A stretch of DNA of 62,088 nucleotides, the filler included. It is 12 parts of 12 records of this genome, joined end to end, with 100 filler letters (N's around TTAATTAATTAA, not from the genome) between each part and the next. Parts side by side here need not be neighbours in the genome. Positions count along the whole stretch, not along the records: positions 1 to 3,921 come from SRR15195285_1227; positions 4,022 to 11,151 come from SRR15195285_1229; positions 11,252 to 17,920 come from SRR15195285_1235; 9 more parts are not named here. One strand, 5' to 3'. Below are positions 1-11,252 of the stretch, one piece after another. Numbering within the stretch: the first letter of the stretch is position 1; each line of letters begins with the position of its first letter. The position numbers and the translations under genes are program-made. The notes under the pieces are model-generated. The model saw only the letters and a program-made list of their open reading frames with translations. It was not told the origin of the DNA and did no database searches.

Positions 1-80
1 TACAGTACCGCGTACGTCGGTACGCGAGATCTGTACTGCGTGAGCTACAGCTGCATCGTGTTTCAAACTCGACGAACACC

Positions 81-1890
81 ATGACGCCACCCCCCAGCAG
101 CACGTTCATGGGCCTGCATTATCCGAAGTACGGCCTGTTCGGCAATCCTATCAAGCCCGACGGCACAATGTAAGTGTGCGCTCAACCTACCGTGTGCGTG
201 CTCCCCCCGGATGCAGCATGCGCTGCGCGCTGCAAGCGAGATGGCGGGGAGGGCGCACGGTTACCTAACAACTATCCTTCCTGTGATGATTCGAGCAGGT
301 CCTGGAACGGCACGCCTGGGAGCGAGCCGGTCCAGTGCAGTGACAACTTGTGGGGGTGGTTCTGGGTGACCTTTCCGCTGCCACTCAAGAATTTCTTCTG
401 CACGCTGCAGTTCTGGTGGTTTGTCGTCGCCGCTGCCTCGTACGTCTACCTCAACCCGCTGTTCGGTGGAGACAACTTCAAGCGGGCGGCATCCTTCGAG
501 GCGGACTGGATTGGAGCCATCCTGCTGCGTAATCTCGGGCTGACCGTGGTCTATTACGAGTTCTGGCACCACACGCTTTACCGCATGAAACTTGCTGACC
601 GCAAGTTCAAACCTAGCTGGCCAACGACATCAGTGGTCATGCGCAATCGCTTCTGGACGTGTATGGGAGCTATCCAGTGGTCCGCGTGGGAAGTCATGTA
701 CGCCCATATGTTTGCGACTGGTCGACTGGTGTTTATGTCGGACGATGCCATCATGGCAAGCTGGAATAATGCTGCGCGTTTTGTGCTCTGGACGCTCTTC
801 ACGCCCATCTATCGCCAGGTGCATTTCTACTTCATACACCGGCTACTTCACATTCGTCCGCTCTACAAATACGTGCACAGTCTGCACCACAAGAACACTG
901 ATCCAGAGCCGTGGAGCGGACTTTGCATGCACCCAATTGAGCATCTGTTTTACTACAGCTGCAGTGCTTTGCCACTCATATTTCTACAGCACCCGTTCCA
1001 TGTGTTCTACAACGGGCAGCACGCCATGCTTTCACCCGCCGAAGCGCACTCAGGGTTCGAGGATCATAACGGTGCAGATTTGATGCATTATATCCATCAT
1101 GCGAAGTTTGAATGCAGTGCGTTGCATCAGCTGAAATCAGGTTTTCCTCTGTGCGCGTTTGTTTTGCGCCCGGGCTGATCCATCTAAAATTGAGCAGGAC
1201 CTATGGGGAGCGTGGTTCTGATGATTATTTACATGATGTGTGGGACACGTGATTGCAGACTACGGAGACGGAAGCTTCGTTATGGACAAGATTTTTGGGA
1301 CCTTCCGTGATTCTTTGGAGAAGCCTGCAAAGGTGATCCGTGATGATGGAATTGGGTACGAAGCGTTTGACGATGATGTCGCCATGCAGGCAAAGTCAGA
1401 CACAAAACTAAAGAAGCGAAAGCAAGCAGCTGCTTCTAGGTCACCAGCGCGAGCCAAGAGCGCTGTAGACACGAAGCAAAAGAAGATTCCGCCAATGAGC
1501 CACACAGCGCTGAGCGCGACACTTCAGGCATCGATCTATTATCTTTTCACAGCGTCTCTCTATGGAATTCTCGTTGGCGTTACGCTGGACACCGGCAACT
1601 TGCGCAAGTTTGCAACTGTTGCAGGATACGATTACACAACCGTGGTGCCCTGTGCCGTTGCCTTCGGTCCTCTGGCGTTCGGTGTATTGTTGCTCAAGCT
1701 GTTTAAGGACAAAAATAGCCTGCGTTGGCCTTTTCATAAGGAGAAGTTCACAGCATTCCTTCTACACTTCTCAGTTGGATTCACCATCGGCGTAGTACCA
1801 GTCTACGCCGTTCTTATTGTGCTGCTTAAGGAACCCGGGTATTCAGGACTAGCAACGCTAACCAGTGGTCTAGTGGCGCGCGGGTGGTAG
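81..1890 (+). CDS. Fatty acid hydroxylase / sterol desaturase superfamily protein with C-terminal membrane extension (3 exons)
   Basis: His boxes HFYFIHRLLH, HSLHH and HYIHH. Exons 81-169, 299-1116, 1259-1890. Intron 170-298 (GTAAGT..CCTAAC..CAG) keeps frame; intron 1117-1258 (GTGCGT..CAG) restores the family motif HHAKFECNYG. Confidence 0.85.
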
Positions 1891-2062
1891 CTTTAATAAA
1901 AGCGCGCTGGCGCAATCCATTGGTTCACCATTCATGTATATGTGGTCGCTCCCTTTCCCTTCGAATTAAAGTGGGCCCGGGGGGTTACGGACCGTTGCGC
2001 CGCCGCTGCCGGGTCTGACGAGCCCTACGAGGCGGCCATTACAATACTATTTGGTATTGGTG

Positions 2063-2131
2063 CCTCAGCAGTGAATTGTGCCCAGTACTAAAATTAGTAC
2101 CGGCACCTCAGCAGTGAGTTATGCCCAGTAC
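2063..2131. repeat. Imperfect 26-bp direct repeat x2 (period 43)
   Basis: cctcagcagtgaattgtgcccagtac at 2063-2088 and cctcagcagtgagttatgcccagtac at 2106-2131, between convergent gene ends. Confidence 0.85.
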
Positions 2132-2303
2132 CAATTGGCATTAGTGTAACTTAGACAGTACAGTTCATTGACACAAACTGGTAGTCCAAGACACCACGGC
2201 GTCCCTCCAATGGCCACTACCGAGAAGGAGTGCTATTTCCATTTGGCCACTGGATAACTGTAGCCGTTTCCAGCACCAATGATTTTATGCACAAGTTATC
2301 ACC

Positions 2304-3743
2304 TCACAACGACAAGCGCGGCAACGCAAGCAACCTTCCTGCTTCTCCATTCCACCCGTCCCACCTCGGCAAGTCCTTGCCAGAGCCAGCAAACGGATGA
2401 GGCGCGCGGAACTCGAATGCCTTTTCATGTGGATACCGTTGCCTTCTACAGTCCATAGCGATGGGCACAACCTTGCGCCGCTGTTCGACAGCAGCCACAC
2501 CCCACTTGGCCTCCACCCATTTGCGTTTGTGGAACCCGAAATTGAATGTCACGCGCAATCGTGGCGACGCATTGGGAAAGCTGCAGTGTAGCGCATTTCG
2601 GAAACAGACTGCCACGTCGCCCGGGGCAGCCACAATTGGGACGGCGTTAGGAAGGACATCTCCACCGCCTTGCCCATGTGCGTCCAGTAGGGATGAAATG
2701 CCATACCGGCGGAGCGTAGCGTGGCTACCGGGCAGAGCGTACACTGCATTGGTCTCATCGCAGCCAGTCAACCTGCAGGTGCCAGCACGCGCGTCAGAGT
2801 GGCTGAATACCAAAGATTGCACTCTAGCAGACGGGTCAGCCTGGCCCGGCCACCGCAGCTGCAATCAGCTGTGGTAAGGGGGAAAAACAATTTGCAGATA
2901 GGCTTACTGAAGCATGAAGTTAAACCCGTGTGAGCAGTAGTCCTCCGTCGTCCCTTCGTCGCTCCAGTGCGTCGTGCCATCTTGGTGCCAGGCTACGCTC
3001 GGGCCAAGGCCTGGCAGCTTGATTTGAATGCTTTCACCCCCGCCGTCGGGCGCGAAGTCTTCGCCACAGATACTAGCCCCCGCGGCAAGCAGCTGAGGAT
3101 GGCCATAGAGCCGAATTCCAGCCTCCGAATACTCATGAAAACGCGAGGCCGAGCGCATGACGAGAGCTGGCGCGTCCGGGCCAGCGTGTCCTTCGACCAT
3201 ACGCGCCGGGGAGCGCCCGCGACCACCGTCTGGATCGCTCAGCGCGGGCGCCATTGCAAACCATTCGTCTGGCGCGGCACGCAATCTAGCATCAATATCA
3301 GCGCCTTTCAGCAAGCCCTTAGCCTCTACAGCCTGGTCAGGTGTCACGGCACCGCTCATATGCGTGGCTGATCGCTCAAGCACGCGGTTCAGATCGGCGT
3401 GTAGGTCTGCAAGCTCTTCCTCGGTAATGACTCCGGTGAACACGTAGAAACCCACCTCTTCAAGTGTCCGAAGAATGTGAGGCTTGAGGCGGCCACTTTC
3501 GTCTAACTCGATGGGGCCTCGGTTGGGCAGCGCCAGCGCAGCCTCACGGGCAGCAGCCTGCCAGTCCAGCACAGCGCTCACACTGCTGGTGCCAACGAGG
3601 ATATCGGCGGAGTGAGTGTGGCGCTCGCATGTTCGGGGTACATGTTCGGGATACATGCCCGGAATATTCCGGGCCTGCGACACGCACTTGTGCAGCTGGC
3701 TCAACCGCCGCTGTGTGGAGGCTGGCAGGTTGTGGCTCGGCAT
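2304..3743 (-). CDS. Phytanoyl-CoA dioxygenase (PhyH) family Fe(II)/2OG oxygenase (2 exons)
   Basis: Motifs WHQD, ALPGSH, GDVAV..LHCSFPN..RVT. Intron 2907-2773 (GTAAGC..CTGCAG) joins FNFMLQ|LTGCDETNAVYALPGSH. Confidence 0.85.
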
Positions 3744-3921
3744 CACACCGAGTGAGCACTGCTACCCGGTCGGATGCACCAGAACGGAGCACGCGCACGG
3801 CATAGCAATTGGACACGTCAACGAAATTCGCGCGACGGCGTGCGCTGACGGCGGTCGTGTGCCCGCCACGCGCGGTGTACCCTGTACGGTACGGTGTCGA
3901 TGAGACTGCATCAGTGCCCAG

Positions 3922-4021
3922 NNNNNNNNNNNNNNNNNNNNNNNNNNNNNNNNNNNNNNNNNNNNTTAATTAATTAANNNNNNNNNNNNNNNNNNNNNNN
4001 NNNNNNNNNNNNNNNNNNNNN
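3922..4021. other. Artificial contig spacer 1
   Basis: N44-TTAATTAATTAA-N44, with stops in all six frames. Confidence 0.99.
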
Positions 4022-4345
4022 GAGGTCAGCGCCACAGCGCGTACTATTGTGCAGGATGTAGTCGGCACGGATGCTACTATCTGCCGATGTGATCCTCGAG
4101 TCCAGGAGGACACCAATGTGGCCATTCCCGAGGAGCGGAATTTGTGGTAGTTGACTCGCCGGCAGGCTTTGGGTCGGGCCGACCCAGCGCCCAACAAATT
4201 TCGGCCCATCGGGCGTGGCACTGCTAGCCACAGTAGCCAGTGCCAGCTGCAGCTGCAAACGTGGACCGGAGGCGGCTGGTGCCCTCGCACGAGGCAGCGC
4301 CGCCATGCTAGATCGATCCGGGGCCCTTGAAGCGCCCGCGGGCAT
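4022..4345 (-). CDS. N-terminal fragment of a secreted glycoside hydrolase-like protein (GH95/DUF5703-like), truncated by the contig end
   Basis: Hydrophobic leader LQLQLALATVASSA followed by PQIPLLGNGHIGVLL, resembling the PxGNGxxG N-terminal motif. The start codon is uncertain. Confidence 0.45.
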
Positions 4346-4806
4346 CCACCATCATCACGTATATATATGTATGACGCGCGGAATCTCGATCTGGGCACTC
4401 GCGATCAGCGCGGCGACGGAGCACGCGCGTGCACTACTATGATAGTATCCGGGATTTGCTTGGGCCCTCAGTGCATGCTCGCGAGTGCGCCCGCTAAAGC
4501 TCGCGTGTACACCGGTAGAAATTGCAGCATTTTCCTGTGCATGTACGAGTCATTGTCGCTGTTTTCACTTGGAATTCTACAGATGTAGTTCTGCTGATTC
4601 CGTTGAATGTCCTTTAAATTGAGTTTGTAGCCGGGAAGCGTTTGTTGCAAACTCGTCCGAATTTGGCAGGAAGTCTGAGTTTCAGTTTGCAGGTCTCGCG
4701 CGACCCGATCTGGCCTTCCGGCGATGCGACTCGCGCGGGACATCGCGACTGTCGCGCGGTCAGGGACCGACGCGCGCCGGTCAGTCGGCACCCCCCCCAC
4801 CACACA

Positions 4807-5865
4807 ATGGCGCCTACCATCACATCTCAGTCCCATGCGGCTCCGCGGCTGTGGCAAGTGCAGGGCCACCTGAGGCCGTCGGCAGCCTCTGGTCGCGCCA
4901 ACAGGCCGACTGCAACGAGCAGCAGCATCGTCAGCAGGCGCTTCGCCACCAGTACGACTACCAAGGACAGTACCAACAACGACGAGATGTACGGCCGAGT
5001 GGACAACTCAACAGGCAGTGATCAGTTTGGAAGAATAGCTTTGCCAGAGTATGCGCTTCCTAGCACTGTCACAGATCAGCACCGCGCTGTATACATAGAC
5101 CGCGGCTGGGTCTGCATTGAAGATGTCCTGTCCTCGTCCCAGCTTGAGCGCATCTGTGGTGCGTTCGAGAAGCAGCTTCAGATTGAGGGCAGAAATGCTG
5201 GCAGCGAGTTGGGTCAGACGCTTCCGGATCCATCGAACCCAGGAGTACGTAGACTGTGCAACATGATGTCGAAACATGATGAGTTTCTGGCCTTGGCGAC
5301 GCACGAAGTAGCCGTGGGTTTTGCTCGCCTGACGATTGGTGAAAACGCGAAGTGGCAGGCAATGAATGGACACGACCCTCTCCCGGGTCACCCAGAGGCT
5401 CGCCAACCGATTCACGCTGACCGTATGTTCTTCTCAGGATGCGCTGGATACATGAACTGCATCTGGACGCTCGACGATTTCACGGTAGAGCGTGGTGCTA
5501 CGCGCCTCGTCAGTTGCTCCCATCGGCGCCAGTGGCCGACTGATCTTCCCGACCCGCTTCTCAGCGTAGAAGGCGAGGAACAGGTAGAGTGCCGCGCAGG
5601 CTCGCTGATTGTGACGCACGGAGACTGCTGGCATGCCGGATGTGCAAATATGGCTACAGCCAAACCTGCAAGCACACGTCGTGCGATCCACTTGGGATTT
5701 GCGTGTGAGGATACCCGCCCGCAATACAACATCGCTTCGTCATTTGAGCCTCGAGGTGGCGAGCGAAGCGTGTCTCCAACCATGGACCCAACGGTGAAAG
5801 CTAAAATTGCAGGGCTGGTGCCACGAAGCGACTGGGACTGGCTCCGAAAACCAGCCACCAGTTAG
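4807..5865 (+). CDS. PhyH family Fe(II)/2OG dioxygenase with probable mitochondrial presequence
   Basis: Motifs GWVCIEDVLS, QPIHAD, WTLDDFTVERGATRLVSCSH, GSLIV..WHAG..RRA. Arg/Ser/Thr-rich N-terminus ending in RRF. No intron needed. Confidence 0.85.
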   Translation: MAPTITSQSHAAPRLWQVQGHLRPSAASGRANRPTATSSSIVSRRFATSTTTKDSTNNDEMYGRVDNSTGSDQFGRIALPEYALPSTVTDQHRAVYIDRGWVCIEDVLSSSQLERICGAFEKQLQIEGRNAGSELGQTLPDPSNPGVRRLCNMMSKHDEFLALATHEVAVGFARLTIGENAKWQAMNGHDPLPGHPEARQPIHADRMFFSGCAGYMNCIWTLDDFTVERGATRLVSCSHRRQWPTDLPDPLLSVEGEEQVECRAGSLIVTHGDCWHAGCANMATAKPASTRRAIHLGFACEDTRPQYNIASSFEPRGGERSVSPTMDPTVKAKIAGLVPRSDWDWLRKPATS

Positions 5866-6157
5866 ACGTCCGTGCGCGTGGGTTCAGCTCGCACAGTCTA
5901 GCTAAACGTAGGACGACACGAGATGGAAAAACAATGATGATGACCAGACAATCGTCCATTCATCATTTTGCAAGTTCCTGGCCGTAGCTGCTCAATCATG
6001 TTGGCGATGCTCGTAACTCAGATTCTTGCCATTTCCTCGCAACTCCTGGAGGCTGATTTAGATCCTTGAAGTTCATTTCTTCTGATGCATTGGGTTGCCT
6101 CAGTTCTTTCGATTCAATCCAACTCCGCTGCCGCTTCCGCTGATTCCTTCAGGTATG

Positions 6158-9100
6158 TCAATTTCTGGTAGACTTGTGGCCTGCAAGCTGGGCGTAGAGA
6201 CCGCCATCATTGACGAGAGAATCGTGGGTGCCTTGCTCAAGCAGAACACCTTCCTCAAACACTACGATCATATCCGCCGCTTTTATCTGCTCCCGCATCA
6301 CGGAAGAGAAGACCAAAACCAGCATAGCAGGTGTAAGTGACACGCCAGACAGAACAAACAAGTCTGTAGGGACTTGCAACACGCACCGTATTCAAGCGGT
6401 GGGCTATCACCACACAAGTCATCGATTCCTTCTCAATGATGGCGTCAATCGCTGCGCGCAAATTACAGGCACGCGCACAGACGTCACGGCGCAGAAGCAT
6501 CAGATAGGGGAGACGGACGAGAGCTCCAGAATATCTTACCGGTCTGGACCTCATTCTCACTCTCGTTGTCCAGAGCAGATGTGGCTTCGTCGAGGAGCAG
6601 CAGCTTGGGGTGGCGCACGAGTGCACGAGCAATGGCGATGCGCTGTTTTTGCCCGCCGCTCATCGTGCCGCCGCGCTCGCCCACCTGCGTCTCGTACTTG
6701 TCACGCGTTTTCTTCATGATGAAATCGTGGGCAAATGCTTTTTTGGCAGCAGTCTCGATGTCGCTCTGACTAGCATCAGGGTTCCCGTACTTAATGTTGT
6801 CGGTGATAGTGCCCTTGAACAGCACCTGCAAGAAGAAGTCATTATTTTATAGGATGTGAATATTATCAAGAAGTGTAAATAGATGACATAGTGCAAACCA
6901 TTGTTACGTACAGGTTCTTGCCCGACAAAGCCTATCTGCTCACGCCACCAAGCGAGCGGCACATTCCTGAGGTCGGTGTTGCACCCGCCGAGCACGAGTG
7001 CTCCACCGGTGGGGTCATAGAAGCGCTGCAGCATGGCGACAATCGTCGACTTCCCGGAGCCGGATGGTCCCACGAGAGCGGTGGTCTTTCCAGCCTCAAT
7101 CGAAAGATTAATCGTTTTGAGAATCGGCCGGTCGAGACGGGATGGGTAGGCAAAATCCACGCCTTGAAGGTGTACCGCACCATCAAATGACGGGCCGTCT
7201 CCGGACGATACTTCAATCTTGGTCTGCCGGCGGATCATAGCAAAGACAGCATTGGCAGCAGCCGCAGACTTCGCCTTGTCTGGAACAGCCATACTTGCCA
7301 TACCAATGCCAAATCCGGCCATCATCATTGCCATAAAAGAAGTCATGATGTCATTTCCAGAAGCACCAACGCCCTTGATAAGCCAGCCTGCTCGGAGCAG
7401 TCCAGTGGTCAGATTCAGTGCGCAGAAGACAGATTCATCATTTCGAATCGAGTGCCTTCCCGCGGTGCAAGGCAGAAAGGCGGGAAGAGGGAGGGGAGGA
7501 GGCACGCACCACCGTAGAAGAACGCGACCCAGTATAGTGCAAACATGAGCATCTGGCTCGCACCCGCGCCAAGCCCAGAGGTCAAGGCTTTTTTGTAAGT
7601 CCCCTGGCCATCGTTCACGAGCTTCTCATACAGCTCCAGGATCTGTTTCTCAATATTGAAAGCTCTGACGGTACGGATGCCCTGGATTGACTCCGAGCAC
7701 AGCTGGTTGGCGATCGCAGACGAGGAGCTCGCGTTGTCGGCGAGGCCCATGAACATATCATTCTGAATCTTCGCAGAGATTGTCAGCAGCGGCATAAAGC
7801 CCAGCACTGACAGCGCGAGCCGCCACGAGGCGGTGAAGGCAACAACCATGCCGACCACGAGTGTTACCATTGACTGAAACGCAGAGCCCATTTGAGGGCC
7901 GAGGACACCAGATACGAGCGCCGTGTCTGCGGAGAGCCGCGATGTCAGAGCTCCGGATGTGTTCTGCGTCTCGTCAAAAAATCCAATTTCCTGCTTGAGC
8001 AGTGAGGAGAATAGCTGCTTGCGCAAGTTCATAGCGGCGGTTTGCTTCATCGCTTCGTAGGCCATGTTCTTGAAGTACTCCGCCAGCCCGATACCAATGC
8101 CAAGGAGGAGGAAGAATAGTGCAGCCATGTTGCATCGGTCAACCTGATCCGCGAAGCAAGCTTCCTGCGAATTGTAGACGCCAAATCCGAACGGGGGATC
8201 GGAACCATAAACCATCGTGTAACTGTTCCATCAGCCAAACCGGCACACCACACGTTAGCAGGAAGGGGCGGAGCATGCAGCTGTCTGATGAGGAGCGATA
8301 CAGGCAAAGAGCCGAAAGTGGTGGAAACTGAACACCGTGTACGTACGGCGCAGCAGTCTCTGCCATGAGGGCAGTGTTCCAGTTGCCGTCGATCGGTTCA
8401 GGCAGTTTAGCGTCACCGAAGCGGTCAGAAACTGCATCTGCAAATTCTGGGTCTGCCTGAAGCTCCTGCAGGAAGACCGCCGGCGACCACGGCTCACACA
8501 TGTAGAACGCGAGAGTGATGTCTGAGAATCCGACCGCCCACACAGGCATCGCAACGCCCGCTACGATCGCCGCAAGTAGGCCGATGATGAGCAATCCGTG
8601 GCCGCCTGACACAGCGATGATGTCGCCGTTGTTCCAAGTCTGTTCGTACTCGTGCTCAGGCTCCTGACTTTCGTCCTCCTTCTTGGTGTTGGAGAGTTCC
8701 TGGCCCCCTGGGGTGCTGGCACTCGCGGTTGCCATTTTCTGCGAAGCTGTCTTACTGACGGCAGTAGTGCCGCCACTTTCCTGGGCAGCAACTGTGTCTT
8801 GCCCCGCCACGAGATTCTTGTATACATTGTTCGGTATGCTTTGACTCAAGAGATCGTCGTGCGACCCCTCTTGGACAAGTGCACCACGCTCGAAGACACA
8901 GATCTTGTCAGCATCTTTAACGGTGGACAGGCGATGGGCAATTACGACCACGGTAAGCTTTTCACTCGAGATGATCTGGTTAATGGTATCCTGAACTTCC
9001 TTTTGCGACTGATTGTCGAGGGCCGACGTAGCTTCGTCGAGAAGCAGAACTTTGGGCTTGTGCAGCAGAGCGCGTGCAATGGCGATGCGCTGCTTTTGCC

Positions 9101-10759
9101 CGCCAGAAATCTGAGAACCTTTCTCTCCGACGTATGTGTTGAACTTATCGTCAAAATTCATGATGAACTCATAGGCATTCGCCTTGCGGGCAGCATCGAA
9201 GATCTCCTCGTCAGTCGCGTCCAACCGACCGTACCGAATGTTGTCAATGATCGACGTGGCGAACAGTACAGGCTCTTGCGAGACAAGACCGAGCGTCTTG
9301 CGCACCCAGGGAAGCTTGATGTCCTTGAGGTTAACGCCGTCAATGGTGATAGCCCCCCCATCCAAATCATAAAAGCGCTGGATCAGCGCCATAACAGTAG
9401 ACTTGCCAGAGCCAGACTCGCCGACAAGGGCAGTCGTCTTACCACCAGCAATAGTTAAGTTCAGGTTTTCAAACAGCGGCACATCGGGCCGCGTTGGGTA
9501 GCGGAAATGTGCGCCCCTGAACTCGATCTCACCCATACCACCGTCGGCTGGTTCCTGGCCGGCGGTGGAAGCGGGGTCGATGTTTGGTACAGTATCGACG
9601 ATACTGTACATCTTTCCACCCGCTCCACGCGCAGCAAGGAGGGCAGCGAATGTCGGTCCCATCTGCCCAGCCATCATTCCACCCATGAGTGCAGCGAAGA
9701 ACGTCGCCATGACGTCCCCGCCAGTCCAAGGTGCATCTGTCCAGCTGTTGTGGAGGCGGTCCTCATCAGTCACCATCTTGCCACCGTACCAAAATCCGAG
9801 CGCGTAACTTGCAAACATGACAGCCATCATCGCGCCCATGTTGGCACCCGACGCATGTGCCGAGCGCACACCCACAGTCTTGGCCTTTGTCACCAGCTTG
9901 TCGAACTTCTCGCGCGCGGTCTCCTCGCCGCCGAACGCCGCGACGGTGCGCATATTCCCAAGGTTCTCCTCAGCAATCGCACCAGCTTCGGCATATGCCT
10001 CTGTCGACATTGCGGCCATTTTGCCCATGAAAGTTGCGCCGACGCCGACCACAATGGCCAGAGCGGGGATCGAAGCGCACATGACTGCAGCCAGCTGCCA
10101 GCCTCGCAGAAATGCGAAGACGTACGAGAGGACGAACGTCGCGAAACCCATCACGCCTTGGCCGAACTTCATGCCGATGCCTTCGCGCAGCAGCGAAGCG
10201 TCGCCAGAGATACTGGAAGGAAGGTCGAGGCCACCTTTGAGGTCAAACCACGAGATGTCCATCCGCAGCACAGCTGAGAAGTACTCGCGGCGGTAGTTGA
10301 CCAGCTGCCGGTCGGCGAGCATCTCGAAGCATGCGACGTTGATTCCCGTGGTGACGAACATCCCAATGGCCGTCCAAAGGAACAGCCACGAGGCATCCAT
10401 GGTCTTTCGCGAGGCCTCGATCGGGTTTGGGTCGTTCAGACCCTCCATCAGCTGAAGCAGCGCCCAGCGCAGTGTAAGTACGCAGCGGCAGGCAGCAGGC
10501 CACAAGACAGCGGCAGCAGCACGCGCGGCAACGTGCGCGGCCGCGGATGGGGCCGCACCTCTCCGAATACCAGTGAAAAGGCCGGCATCGCAGCGCCCTG
10601 GAGACAGGCGCCGATGGAGCCAAAAACGAGGAGGAACATGTCCACACCATTGGCGAATCGAAACAGGCTGCCGATCGAGATCGGATCGTACTGCTCGCCC
10701 GCTTCTTCCTCTCCCTCCTCCCCACTCTTCGTCAGCCCCGCTTTTTCCTCCGCGCTCAT
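6158..10759 (-). CDS. Full-length ABCB (MDR/P-glycoprotein-like) transporter, 7 exons
   Basis: Two TMD-NBD halves: Walker A GESGSGKS and GPSGSGKS, signature [12 protein letters not shown] x2, [11 protein letters not shown] x2, IAHRL x2. Introns 10558-10452, 8346-8223, 7509-7388, 6911-6826, 6539-6452 and 6386-6287 are all GT-AG and frame-restoring. Confidence 0.95.
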
Positions 10760-11151
10760 CCTCGAGCACAGCAGTCAACAGCCTGCACGAACAAGCCGGG
10801 TCGTGCCACGCAAGCTCTCAACGAGGAGAACAGGCTGCAGCGCAGAACAGCAGCGCACAGCTACCTGTGGTTCCAGAGATAGATAGATCTACGGGCGCCG
10901 GAGATGGCATCCGCCCACAAAGCTCATCGAAGACACACAAAGCTCATCGAAGAACGCACCACCACCAGCGGAAGACCGACCCCGACCCCACACAGACAGA
11001 CAGCCAGACACGCAGCCGCCAAGCCCAGCCCCGCCACGCCCAACCAACGCGATGAGCCGCCGCTGGCGTGAATCAACGCTTGTGAATCAACGTTTAAAAT
11101 AGCACGGAATCCTAGTACTACTATCCCTTAATGGGAGGAGTTCTAAGATCC

Positions 11152-11251
11152 NNNNNNNNNNNNNNNNNNNNNNNNNNNNNNNNNNNNNNNNNNNNTTAAT
11201 TAATTAANNNNNNNNNNNNNNNNNNNNNNNNNNNNNNNNNNNNNNNNNNNN
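11152..11251. other. Artificial contig spacer 2
   Basis: Same 100-nt linker. Confidence 0.99.
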
Positions 11252-11252
11252 A

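Noticed and set aside
2063-2131. Repeat-spacer-repeat resembling a mini CRISPR array
   Set aside because: Only two imperfect copies with a 17-nt spacer, eukaryotic context and no cas genes.
2304-5865. Apparent cluster of two PhyH genes with a desaturase and an ABC exporter (biosynthetic gene cluster)
   Set aside because: A spacer at 3922-4021 separates them, so the linkage is artificial.
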